Assembly (NCBI GenBank): GCA_963736005.1
Contig: CAVTNB010000001.1
Span: 768,001 to 832,000, forward strand
From: an uncultured Pseudomonadota bacterium
GTDB lineage: Bacteria > Vulcanimicrobiota > Vulcanimicrobiia > Eremiobacterales > Eremiobacteraceae
Direction of reading: 5' to 3'
DNA: 64,000 nucleotides
In this document: positions 10,249 through 19,085 of the stretch, piece by piece
Layout: the number at the start of each line of letters is the position of its first letter
Position numbering within the stretch: the first letter of the stretch is position 1
Translations under genes and position numbers: made by a program
The notes under the pieces: model-generated
What the model saw: only the letters and a program-made list of their open reading frames with translations
What the model was told of the DNA's origin: nothing
Database searches by the model: none

Positions 10249-10590
10249 TTAAGGTAACGTGTTCGCGTCCTTTTGCGCTTGCAACTGATCTTGCGCGTCG
10301 CTGGTTCCTTGATCGACACCACTTTGGCCAGCGTTTTGCCCTGCCTGCGGCTGCGTATCCACTTGCGTCTGAGCGGCGATTGCGAGCTTGCAATCTTGCG
10401 TGTTTTGTTGATCGGGATGCGCGTTGCAGTAACTGAGCATAGTCTGGCGGTCGCTGTCGTGGCTGACCCAGTACTCGACGGTTGCTTTATCGTTGGGGTC
10501 GTGGGAGACTGACGGAGCAAACTCTGACTTGGCCCAATACCCAATAATTGCGACGACGAGCAAGAGACCGATGAGGCTGAAGTTTCTCAT
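10249..10590 (-). CDS. Small membrane-anchored protein with an EexN (entry exclusion)-like two-Cys motif
   Basis: N-terminal TM; TVEYWVSHDSDRQTMLSYCNAHPDQQNTQDCKLA resembles the EexN-family pattern from memory. Confidence 0.55.
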   Translation of the reverse strand: MRNFSLIGLLLVVAIIGYWAKSEFAPSVSHDPNDKATVEYWVSHDSDRQTMLSYCNAHPDQQNTQDCKLAIAAQTQVDTQPQAGQNAGQSGVDQGTSDAQDQLQAQKDANTLP

Positions 10591-10629
10591 GCATGATATA
10601 TCGGTTCATGCCCGGGCGAATCATCGACC

Positions 10630-10643
10630 GTGATCATGATCAC
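10630..10643. promoter_or_regulatory. Perfect palindrome GTGATCATGATCAC, CRP/FNR-type operator candidate
   Basis: GTGA-N6-TCAC spacing, about 40 bp upstream of the 10590 start. Confidence 0.35.
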
Positions 10644-10892
10644 CTAAAGGAGGTCTGCTTACCTAGACGGCTTCCTCCCAGCTCGCCATTTCTGGGCAGA
10701 TAAGGGCCCTCGCGCGATCCGTGCCTGCGTTCCATTTCCCAACGAACAGCTCCTCAAAACGGCCTCGCTCAGCCGAAGCGGCACACCAGCCGACCGCGCG
10801 AGCGGTCCGGTGCGGCTATTTCAGTGATTCGAGTCACGGATACGACCAACGTACTGCCACATTAACAACTCGGCAGAGTCCTGTGCGCGTAT

Positions 10893-11345
10893 ATGCTACC
10901 GATAACCAGTGGTGTGCGACACGCCTCACGAGCCTTCACACTGTTGGAACTAATAATTGTTGTCGCCATAATCGCGATCTTATCAGCAATCTTGATTCCC
11001 AACTTTTTGCATGCTCGGGCCGAATCAATAACTGCCGCTTGCGAATCCAACGAGAAACGCCTAGCGATTGCTGAAGAGGAGTATGCTGTCGACCATCGTG
11101 GCAGCTATGCCCTATTAGCGGCGCTGACAACACCCTACCTTACGACCATGCGCACTGATCCAGTCAAAAAGGGAAATCGCTATCGTATTCTTATCCCAGG
11201 CGGCTCAAGCGGATCATATCTCCTCACAGACGCGGGTGGCCATGATCCCTCGACGATGCGAAGATTGAGAAAGACCTCAGGAGCAGTATGCATCAACTGC
11301 ACCAGCGTTCTATATGCGCAAAATTCCGGCATTCATGGGAATTAG
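10893..11345 (+). CDS. Type IV pilin / pseudopilin-like protein
   Basis: Prepilin motif RA|FTLLELIIVVAIIAILSAILIPNF. Confidence 0.88.
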   Translation: MLPITSGVRHASRAFTLLELIIVVAIIAILSAILIPNFLHARAESITAACESNEKRLAIAEEEYAVDHRGSYALLAALTTPYLTTMRTDPVKKGNRYRILIPGGSSGSYLLTDAGGHDPSTMRRLRKTSGAVCINCTSVLYAQNSGIHGN

Positions 11346-11493
11346 TCGTTCTTGGGTTATGCTGGCAGAGTAAGGCTATTTCTTTTTGACAGAGGCGGTT
11401 AGTTGGATCCGAGTGCACGATCTTAACTTCTGTCCAATGGGCGCTGCTGACCATCTCTCCTTAGATTCGCGCGAAGAAATTCGCAAGACAATC

Positions 11494-12537
11494 TTACTTT
11501 GTGCATGTGAGGTCGATGCGGAAGTCCGCAGGCGGACGATAGTGCGGCATGCCGGGCAGTGCGTTCTGTATTGCAGCATTGAAGGTTACGAGCAAGCGAA
11601 CCGGCTTGTCGGTGCCGTTCAGATCACCTCCGGCGAAGAGCTGTGAGAACGTAAATGACCCACCGGGCGGAAAAACAACGTTTCGAGAACCTAAAGCAAA
11701 GCCGCCTACCACGTTAAATGATGAAGCATTGTTCCCGCTCTGTGTGGCAAGAAACTCGTCGGACACATTTGAGGGCGCTTCTCCCGGACCGTACAATCCG
11801 TCCGGCCACAGCCTACGACTCGTGGCGTTGACCCATGTCTGCGTCACGTGCCAGCCGTATTGGTCTTCTGGCTTTGCGTCAGACGGAAATGGGGTTATTG
11901 CGGTCACGCGCATCTTCCAAATGCCATTGGTCATCCATTGGTTCATGCAACCTGGGGTCGCAGCGATCTCATTGGCCCCGCCTTCGGCGTTGGCAGCCGC
12001 GCCCGTCGCGACGCAACCCAGGTTGAAGTGAAAGTTATACTTTGAGGTAGTGAACTGCGGCTTCGACTTCAATTGGGCAAGCAGTACTCCGTTGAACGTG
12101 ATCTCAAGACCCTTTGGTTTGTTCGACGGATCGACGTTGGAGTTCCAGAATATTTGTTTATATGTCATCTGCCCGGCGGGCGCAAACGTATTGTTGCCCA
12201 CGTTTCCCATTGACATACTACCCGCTGTCGACTCCTTCGCGGTGATGGCACCGCTTCCGAGTTCCAGTCGCTGGTCTAGGAGCTGAGCGTCGCCGGGGGA
12301 GGTTTCTCCCGACGTTCCGTTGCGCCACACTTCGGTGACTAGCCAACCAACTTGCTGGCTGCCGTTCATGTATGGCTCAACGTTTGTGACTTTCACGCGC
12401 CACACTCCATTGAAGAGCCATTGATTCATGCAACCCTCGCGGCTATTCGCATCGCTCAGACTTGCCGAGCGTGTAACAAGAACGCAACAAGCGACGAGTG
12501 CGACGAGTAGTGACGATCGGGACAAGTTTTGTCGCAT
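11494..12537 (-). CDS. Secreted hypothetical protein with an internally duplicated domain
   Basis: Signal peptide MRQNLSRSSLLVALVACC; GCMNQW..NG.W...VT occurs twice; SD AGGAGAG upstream of the 12537 start. Confidence 0.75.
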   Translation of the reverse strand: MRQNLSRSSLLVALVACCVLVTRSASLSDANSREGCMNQWLFNGVWRVKVTNVEPYMNGSQQVGWLVTEVWRNGTSGETSPGDAQLLDQRLELGSGAITAKESTAGSMSMGNVGNNTFAPAGQMTYKQIFWNSNVDPSNKPKGLEITFNGVLLAQLKSKPQFTTSKYNFHFNLGCVATGAAANAEGGANEIAATPGCMNQWMTNGIWKMRVTAITPFPSDAKPEDQYGWHVTQTWVNATSRRLWPDGLYGPGEAPSNVSDEFLATQSGNNASSFNVVGGFALGSRNVVFPPGGSFTFSQLFAGGDLNGTDKPVRLLVTFNAAIQNALPGMPHYRPPADFRIDLTCTK

Positions 12538-12679
12538 GATCTCTCTCCTTACTGGCCACGATAGTCGGTGTGAAAGAAAATTCTGTGCATCAACAGGGCG
12601 GGCAACGGCTGCCAGTTCTATCACTGATCGCCATGTCCGGTGACTCACGCTGATTCCTTCGGGATGAAGTGCGTCGGGC

Positions 12680-12701
12680 ACTACAGGTTTACTACAGGTT
12701 T
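12680..12701. repeat. 11-bp tandem direct repeat ACTACAGGTTT x2 near the tRNA 3' end
   Basis: Seen directly in sequence. Confidence 0.7.
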
Positions 12702-12745
12702 GGGGGCAACTTTCGGCGTTTTTTGGCGGTCCTTGGCGTAAAGTA

Positions 12746-12791
12746 AAGAACCCCACGATAAAGGTGTAAGCCTTTATTTCATGGGGTTCTT
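12746..12791 (-). terminator. Long hairpin immediately 3' of tRNA-Asn
   Basis: AAGAACCCCA..ATAAAGG / CCTTTAT..TGGGGTTCTT inverted repeat. Confidence 0.6.
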
Positions 12792-12793
12792 AA

Positions 12794-12869
12794 TGGCTCC
12801 CCGAGCTGGACTCGAACCAGCGACATTCTGATTAACAGTCAGACGCTCTACCAGCTGAGCTATCGGGGA
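12794..12869 (-). tRNA. tRNA-Asn(GTT)
   Basis: TCCCCGATAGCTCAGCTGGTAGAGCGTCTGACT-GTT-AATCAGAATGTCGCTGGTTCGAGTCCAGCTCGGGGAGCCA; 76 nt cloverleaf with encoded CCA. Confidence 0.97.
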
Positions 12870-13136
12870 ATACTTTGTTTCAAGGGCTTCGTTGGCGCGT
12901 TTTCTGTTGTTATCCCTCCACGTGGCCCACTAAAGAGCGCGAAAAACCGATTCCTGCAGTTCACCCCATACAGTCGGTCGTTTCCCAACCATCGCGCCAA
13001 TCTCCACGAGGACGCGTTTTCTGACACCTTCTTCCATCGCAACCCCTGGCCGAAGGGCTCGGCATCACGATGGATCGATCAACTTACACAATCCTGCTCC
13101 ATGGGGACATGAGAGCGTCGGGGACTGAGGGAAAAG

Positions 13137-13865
13137 GTGGGCATGGATTTCGTTAACTCTTACCAGGATGTCATCCGTGCCGGCGCATACGCCAGGCTTG
13201 AGTTCGCAAATACGTATTACCTCGCATACCGTGATCTCCCCGCGGTTATTTCAGAGCATGTGACGGGTACGAGGGCGCTTGATTTCGGTTGCGGCACCGG
13301 CCGGTCAACACGGTTTCTGCGCAAACTCGGTTTTGATGTCACTGGTGTCGACATCTCGGAGGACATGTTAAGGATTGCACGCGCTTTGGAGACTGCGGGT
13401 GATTACCGTATTTTGCCTGGGGGCAATTTGACCGACTTTGCATCAGAACATTTCGACCTGATAGCTTCACTTTTTACCTTCGATAATATTCAAAATGCAG
13501 CGAAAGGCCTGATTCTCTCCAACCTCAGAAGACTTCTACGACCAACCGGCACCATCATTAGCGTCGTCTCATCTCCAGAAATCTACACACATGAATGGGC
13601 TTCGTTCACGACCAAAGACTTCCCAGAGAATTCATCTGCGCGCAGCGGCGATCTTGTACGCATTATTGTGACCGACCACCAAGACATCAGACCGGTTAAA
13701 GACATCCTTTGTACGAATTATTCGTATCAAGAAGTGTACAGGGAAGCGGGTCTTAGGACGGATCAGATCCTTAAGCCGCTGGCCGAAGGCAACGAGCCAT
13801 ATACATGGGTCAACGAAATGAAGATACCACCATGGGTTATCTACGTGTTGAAGCGAGCGGCTTAA
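13137..13865 (+). CDS. Class I SAM-dependent methyltransferase
   Basis: ALDFGCGTGRS motif I, VTGVDIS motif. Confidence 0.9.
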   Translation: MGMDFVNSYQDVIRAGAYARLEFANTYYLAYRDLPAVISEHVTGTRALDFGCGTGRSTRFLRKLGFDVTGVDISEDMLRIARALETAGDYRILPGGNLTDFASEHFDLIASLFTFDNIQNAAKGLILSNLRRLLRPTGTIISVVSSPEIYTHEWASFTTKDFPENSSARSGDLVRIIVTDHQDIRPVKDILCTNYSYQEVYREAGLRTDQILKPLAEGNEPYTWVNEMKIPPWVIYVLKRAA

Positions 13866-14014
13866 GCTCGTAGCACGAGCTCGATCTTCATTAGAGTCTG
13901 TTGTCTGCTGCGAACCTAAGGGATCGAGCGGCCTTTGGAGACCATGCTGGTACCCGGCGCGCTCGCCCTTCTGTCAGCGAATCGCCGTTACCGACTCCAG
14001 CTAGACGCAGCTCC

Positions 14015-14713
14015 TCACAGGAATGTGACCTCCCCTGTTTCGAGCTGATAATACGCGCCGACAATTTTGAGTTGACCGGCACTTATCAAGTCAGATAACA
14101 CGGGGCTCGCTTGCAGCGCGTGCATCGCGAGCCGGATGTTGTCCATCGTCGCGTTCACGGTCCAATTGCCCGCTTTACCTTTGCTGGATAGGGCAGCCGG
14201 TTCAATAACCTTTGCGAGGTCTTGGATTTTGCCGGGAAACGATTTGCCTTGCGCAAGCTCGATGGCCGCTTTGACTGCGCCACACGAAGAGTGCCCCATG
14301 ACAACAATAAGTGATGATTTGAGCACCGCCGCGGCATACTCAAGACTTGCCGTCTCGGTGACCGTTGCGACATTTCCGGCGACTCGCACGACGAAGATGT
14401 CGCCCAAGCCTTGATTGAAAATGATCTCCGGCGTCGTCCGCGAGTCTGCGCATGAGAGCACAGAGGCAAAGGGCGCTTGCCCTGCGCCAAGAGCGGCACG
14501 CTCCTCGATGGTTTGCGACCGCGTTTGAGTCATATGCGCGACGAATGTGGCGTTGCCTTGCTTCAGCTTTCCGAGTGCGTCATCTGGAGTCATGACTGCT
14601 GAGGCGTTGGCCGCAATGGATCGGGTCGGATTGGCGATGGGCAGCGCCACTACCACAGCGGCCCCACCTATGAATGCTCTCCGCGTGAGCGAAAATGATC
14701 GATTGTGATCCAC
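14015..14713 (-). CDS. Beta-class carbonic anhydrase with Tat signal peptide
   Basis: CADSR, RVAGN and HSSCGAV motifs; TRRAFI twin-arginine; GTG start after SD AAGGA. Confidence 0.92.
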   Translation of the reverse strand: MDHNRSFSLTRRAFIGGAAVVVALPIANPTRSIAANASAVMTPDDALGKLKQGNATFVAHMTQTRSQTIEERAALGAGQAPFASVLSCADSRTTPEIIFNQGLGDIFVVRVAGNVATVTETASLEYAAAVLKSSLIVVMGHSSCGAVKAAIELAQGKSFPGKIQDLAKVIEPAALSSKGKAGNWTVNATMDNIRLAMHALQASPVLSDLISAGQLKIVGAYYQLETGEVTFL

Positions 14714-14760
14714 ATTGGTTTCCTTTCTCAGTTGAGCGCGAATAAATTCGCGCGAGGACG

Positions 14761-15408
14761 TTATTTGCGGAGGAGTTTGAAGGCGTGATTCCAGTCTTGA
14801 TAGCGCAGTCCACAGGTAACCCAAAGGATACACATCGGCTCGAGCAACCGCGCACCTTCGATCCCTCCGATGTCAATTACCGACCACCCGAATTGCTTTA
14901 AGAACTCCGTGACCGTTTTCTTGGCGCTATCATCGTTTCCCGCAATGAACATGTCGGGCGGCCCGCCTTGGAAGTCTGGATGCACCATGTGGGCATTGCC
15001 GACTATGTTAAAACTCTTGACGACGCGGGCACCCGGCAGCCAGCGCTGCACTTGTTCGCCACCCGAGTCGTTCCATCCAAGCGCGAGGTGTGGCGGCGGT
15101 TTGCCACACGGAAAGACAAGCGGGTTGGTCGCGTCGATGACAACCTTCCCGACGAAGTTCTTTGGATCGGCGAGCTGGATGGCATTTTCTGTACCACTCC
15201 AAACCGTCGCAAGCACGATCACCTCACCGAATTGAGCCGCGTCCGCGAACGTTCCACCCGAAGCATTTTTGCCGTTGGCCGCGACCCAGGCGCTGAGTTT
15301 GTCGTTTTTTGGGTCACGCGAACCCATCTTCACCACATGTCCAAGGGAGATGAAGCCGCTGCCGAGCTTTTGACCGACATCGCCGGTGCCAAGGATAGCG
15401 ATTCTCAT
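14761..15408 (-). CDS. NADPH-dependent F420 reductase-family oxidoreductase
   Basis: GTGDVG Rossmann fold, VIDATNP and VVKSFN motifs. Confidence 0.87.
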   Translation of the reverse strand: MRIAILGTGDVGQKLGSGFISLGHVVKMGSRDPKNDKLSAWVAANGKNASGGTFADAAQFGEVIVLATVWSGTENAIQLADPKNFVGKVVIDATNPLVFPCGKPPPHLALGWNDSGGEQVQRWLPGARVVKSFNIVGNAHMVHPDFQGGPPDMFIAGNDDSAKKTVTEFLKQFGWSVIDIGGIEGARLLEPMCILWVTCGLRYQDWNHAFKLLRK

Positions 15409-15460
15409 TTGGATCTCCTTGCGGTCGAATAGGTTGCGGGGCGAGTTGACGGTTGCCCTC

Positions 15461-16915
15461 TTACGACAGGGCTGTGCGGGAAGTTGCGATGCAGTCGGTC
15501 ACTGATGGACCTTTTAGGTAGCTGCCACACAATCGGACACCCGGCAGCCGCGCCAAGCAATCTCGAATGACTCCTATTTTTTGCGCGTGCCCTACATTAT
15601 ATTGTGGGATTGCCTCCTGCCACCGAAAGCCCGCCACGATGTGCGGTGCGACGTCGCTGATCCTCATGACGCCTCGCAGCTCTTCATGGGCCTGACGTGC
15701 GAGTTCTTCGTCACTTTGCTCGGCCACTAACGAGTCTGTTGCACCGCCCAAGAAGGCGGTCACGAGAACCTCGTTCTCCGGGCAGCGATCGGCAAACATC
15801 GCCGAGTTCCAGACGCACCCCAGGATTCTCAAACCTTCTGTGCGGGGCACGAGAAAGCCAAAGCCGTCGAGTGGCACACCAAGAGCAGTTCGTGGATATG
15901 CAAAGGCAATCTGGACGACCGTCGGATACTCAAAGGAACGTAAGGCTGCTGATGCGTGCGGCTCGAGCGCGTCGAGCAACTCGGCTGCCGCCCCCGCGGG
16001 TGTTGCGACCACCACGTTTTTTGCAACGACCCGGCTATCCACGTTGCCACCGACCAGTAACTCCATCCACTCGCCACGCTGCCATAGGGCTTTCACGGGA
16101 GCGTTGAGGCGCACGTCCGTACCCATATGTTGAGCGAGAGCTCTGGGCAACACGTCATTGCCACCACGAAATCCAAAACTGCGACGGCGCGCTCTGCCGG
16201 GAGATTGATCTCCGGAGCGGACCTGAAGGTCCGCTGCTACATTGGATGCTGCTACATTGGATGCTGCTACATTGGCCGCTGCTACATTGGCCGCTGCTGC
16301 GTTGGCCCTTTGTTGTCTCATGCGAGCGAGAGCGCCTCTGATAATGCTGCCGTGCTCGCGTTCCATCTCGGCCATCATCGGGAAGGCGCTGCGAACCGAA
16401 AGCTGGTTTGGGTCGCCGGCGAAAATTCCGGAAACGTATGGCCCAACGAGGTTCTGTAAGACTGCCGCACCCGCACGACGCCGCACGAAGTCTGCGACGG
16501 ATTCGTCGCTTGCGTCGCTGGGGCCAACAAGTGGCTCGCTCAGCGCGCGGAGCTTCGCAAGCGGCGAGAGCAAAGGCGTCAGGATCATTTGCTGCGGTGA
16601 CTGCGGCACAGCAACGAGTCGGCCATGGAAGTAAAGGTATGGCCGAGCTGCGCTTTCCAATGCCGGCAAGACCAGGGCATCGAGACCGGCGTCTTTGACC
16701 AACTGCGCGATTGGCTCGGAGGGCAGGAAGCTCTGCGGACCGCCATCGGCGATGTACGCGCCAGAGCGAACGCTTGTGATGCATCCGCCCACCTTTCCCG
16801 ATGACTCGAACAAGATAACCGAGCGCCCTAAACTCTTTGCCCAAAAAGCGCAAGCGAGACCGGAAATGCCGCCGCCGATTACTGCTAGGTCAACTGGTTC
16901 GAAGACATCGCTCAC
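15461..16915 (-). CDS. hemY: Protoporphyrinogen/coproporphyrinogen oxidase (HemY type) with repeat insertion
   Basis: GGGISGL FAD motif, GIFAGDP, GFGFLVP, AIPQY; clustered with hemE and hemH. Confidence 0.92.
   Translation of the reverse strand: MSDVFEPVDLAVIGGGISGLACAFWAKSLGRSVILFESSGKVGGCITSVRSGAYIADGGPQSFLPSEPIAQLVKDAGLDALVLPALESAARPYLYFHGRLVAVPQSPQQMILTPLLSPLAKLRALSEPLVGPSDASDESVADFVRRRAGAAVLQNLVGPYVSGIFAGDPNQLSVRSAFPMMAEMEREHGSIIRGALARMRQQRANAAAANVAAANVAASNVAASNVAADLQVRSGDQSPGRARRRSFGFRGGNDVLPRALAQHMGTDVRLNAPVKALWQRGEWMELLVGGNVDSRVVAKNVVVATPAGAAAELLDALEPHASAALRSFEYPTVVQIAFAYPRTALGVPLDGFGFLVPRTEGLRILGCVWNSAMFADRCPENEVLVTAFLGGATDSLVAEQSDEELARQAHEELRGVMRISDVAPHIVAGFRWQEAIPQYNVGHAQKIGVIRDCLARLPGVRLCGSYLKGPSVTDCIATSRTALS
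16216..16307 (-). repeat. REP family C hairpin plus five 15-bp tandem units inside hemY
   Basis: AGCGGACCTGAAGGTCCGCT then (GCTGCTACATTGGNN)x5, last unit degenerate; encodes AAANV/AASNV repeats. Confidence 0.9.
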
Positions 16916-16937
16916 GTTCGATCACCTTGGTTGGCAT

Positions 16938-17003
16938 GGGCGACTTGACAGTCGCCCACTACAATCCGCCGCTGGATGGGGCGATTTTCCAATCGTCCCC
17001 TAC
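16938..17003 (-). repeat. Two REP family A hairpins between hemH and hemY
   Basis: GGGCGACTTGACAGTCGCCCACTAC and GGGGCGATTTTCCAATCGTCCCCTAC. Confidence 0.85.
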
Positions 17004-18010
17004 AAGCTCGTGGTCAGATAGGTCGATTTTATTTGCGTTGTGGCCTTTTCGACTTGGTTTGCTAAGCACGCAATGTAGCGAGGATGGCACTTGACCGCAC
17101 ACGCGCGGTAAAACTCTGTGACGCCGGATTCCTTTGCAATAGCGCCATACTGAATGTCAATTTCGTTAAGCGTCTCGACGTGCTCCGAGACAAACGCAAT
17201 AGGAACAATGCACATCGCCTTCGCCCCCGAGCTACCAAGTTCGCGGATGAGCTTGTCCGATGCGGGTTCGAGCCACTTCTGTGGTCCGAGACGGCTTTGA
17301 AACGACGTGTGAATCGGGCCCGGGTGACCGAGCGCCTGCGACACCGCCTTGACGCTGCGCTGAACGTGGCTGAGGTAGGGATCACCATCTTCGATGTATG
17401 AGAGAGGCAAACCATGAGCAGAAAAAATGAGGTGCACTTCGCTCGCCGGCGTTGAAAATGCGCGCAAAGCTCTGCGCGTCACGTCGGTGACGGCCGCAAC
17501 GTAGTCGGGATCGTCGCAATGCTCTTCAAGTGCGATTATGTCTGGGTGATAACCGAGCGGGTCCATCGCTTTTCTGAGGCCGGTGAGGCCAGAGAGCGTC
17601 GTGCTAAATGAGTACTGCGGGAACAGCCCGATGACGATCAGCTGAGTCAAACCCGCATCGCGCGCGGCGGACAGCGCGGCAAGAGAATTTGGCTGGGAAT
17701 GCCTCATGGAGACGAACACCGGAAGGTCAAGACCGCGATGGCGCAATTCCCGAGCCAACGCTCTGGCTTGTGCTTGGGTTTGACCCAAAATTGGCGACCC
17801 GCCTCCAATAGAAGCGTACAGCGAACGACTGTAGGGCGCCCGAAACGTTGACAGCGACCAGGCAAACGCACCTTGCAACGGCTTCATCCACGTGGGCAAA
17901 CGAATGAGGTCTGGGTCAGAAAAAAAACTGCGAAGGTATGGACGGACCGCATCCAGGTTGTCAGGTCCGCCGACTTGTGTGAGGATAACCCCGGTTTTGG
18001 AACTAGCCAT
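17000..18010 (-). CDS. hemH: Ferrochelatase
   Basis: GGGSP, FSAHGLP, FQSRLGPQKWLEP and FVSEHVETLNEID motifs. Confidence 0.95.
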   Translation of the reverse strand: MASSKTGVILTQVGGPDNLDAVRPYLRSFFSDPDLIRLPTWMKPLQGAFAWSLSTFRAPYSRSLYASIGGGSPILGQTQAQARALARELRHRGLDLPVFVSMRHSQPNSLAALSAARDAGLTQLIVIGLFPQYSFSTTLSGLTGLRKAMDPLGYHPDIIALEEHCDDPDYVAAVTDVTRRALRAFSTPASEVHLIFSAHGLPLSYIEDGDPYLSHVQRSVKAVSQALGHPGPIHTSFQSRLGPQKWLEPASDKLIRELGSSGAKAMCIVPIAFVSEHVETLNEIDIQYGAIAKESGVTEFYRACAVKCHPRYIACLANQVEKATTQIKSTYLTTSL

Positions 18011-19041
18011 CACGCGTGTGCGCCGAAAGTCTTGGGCGCATCGATGAATGCTTGCGCGCAATCAAGCGGCGTTGCGGGCAAAATTCCGTGGCCGAGGTTG
18101 AGTATGTGACCCTTTGGACCCGCAGCCCGCATCGCGACGTGGGCTGCCTCACGAACGGCATTCGGCGTCGCCAAAAGCACCGCTGGATCCACGTTACCTT
18201 GCAGCGCGCACTGCATGCCGATGCGCGAACGAACTGTCTCCAGGCCAATACGCCAATCCACGCTGAGCACGTCGGCTTGGGCGTGCGTCAAAAGTTCGAG
18301 CACGCCTGCACAGCCGTTCACGAAGAGCATCGCGGGGACGCCCGTCGCTTTAATGTGCTCGATGACCGCCTTTTGATACGGCAAGGCGAAGCGGGCGTAG
18401 GCATCGGGGGCAAGCTCGCCGGCCCACGTATCGAAAACTTGCACGGCCTGCGCACCCGCAGCCACTTGGGCCACCGCATATTTTGCAACCGTGTCGCTCA
18501 GTTTGGCGAGCAAGGCATGCAGCATGGCTGGCTCGGAGTACAGCATGGCCTTGGTCGTCGCGTAGTTCTTGGAACCTCCACCTTCGATGAGGTAGGAGGC
18601 AAGCGTAAAGGGTGCACCGCAGAATCCAATGAGCGCCGTGTCGTTGTGCAGTACCGCTCGTAGCATGCGCATGGTTTGCAACACGAACGGCATCTGTTCG
18701 GTGGGATCGGGGATTTGGAGCTTATCGATATCGGCGATGCTGCGCACTGGGTATTCGAGGACCGGTCCTTGATCCGTGAATGCAAGTGGCGCGCCCATCG
18801 CTTCGACCGGGATCAGGATGTCGCTAAAGATGATGCAGGCGTCCATGCCAAAGCGCTTGACTGGCTGCAGTGAAACATCCGCCGCCAAATCGGGCGTCTT
18901 GCACAGCGTCAGAAAACCAACTTTCTCGCGAACGGCGCGGTATTCAGGCAAGTAGCGCCCCGCCTGGCGCATCATCCAGACCGGGGTCCTATCAACCGGC
19001 TTGGACGCGCAGGCCGCGAGGAAGCGTTGGGCTCCGTTCAT
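18010..19041 (-). CDS. hemE: Uroporphyrinogen decarboxylase
   Basis: PVWMMRQAGRYLPEY, FSDIL, NLGHGI. Confidence 0.97.
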   Translation of the reverse strand: MNGAQRFLAACASKPVDRTPVWMMRQAGRYLPEYRAVREKVGFLTLCKTPDLAADVSLQPVKRFGMDACIIFSDILIPVEAMGAPLAFTDQGPVLEYPVRSIADIDKLQIPDPTEQMPFVLQTMRMLRAVLHNDTALIGFCGAPFTLASYLIEGGGSKNYATTKAMLYSEPAMLHALLAKLSDTVAKYAVAQVAAGAQAVQVFDTWAGELAPDAYARFALPYQKAVIEHIKATGVPAMLFVNGCAGVLELLTHAQADVLSVDWRIGLETVRSRIGMQCALQGNVDPAVLLATPNAVREAAHVAMRAAGPKGHILNLGHGILPATPLDCAQAFIDAPKTFGAHA

Positions 19042-19059
19042 ATTTTGCTACGTTCGGCA

Positions 19060-19084
19060 CGCGCGAATAAATTCGCGCGACTAC
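19060..19084 (-). repeat. REP family B hairpin directly after the metK stop
   Basis: CGCGCGAATAAATTCGCGCGACTAC; further copies near 14736, 24836, 52276 and 55723. Confidence 0.85.
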
Positions 19085-19085
19085 A

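Noticed and set aside
13891..13902. TTAGAGTCTGTT resembling an IS5-type terminal repeat
   Set aside because: No partner inverted repeat or transposase seen
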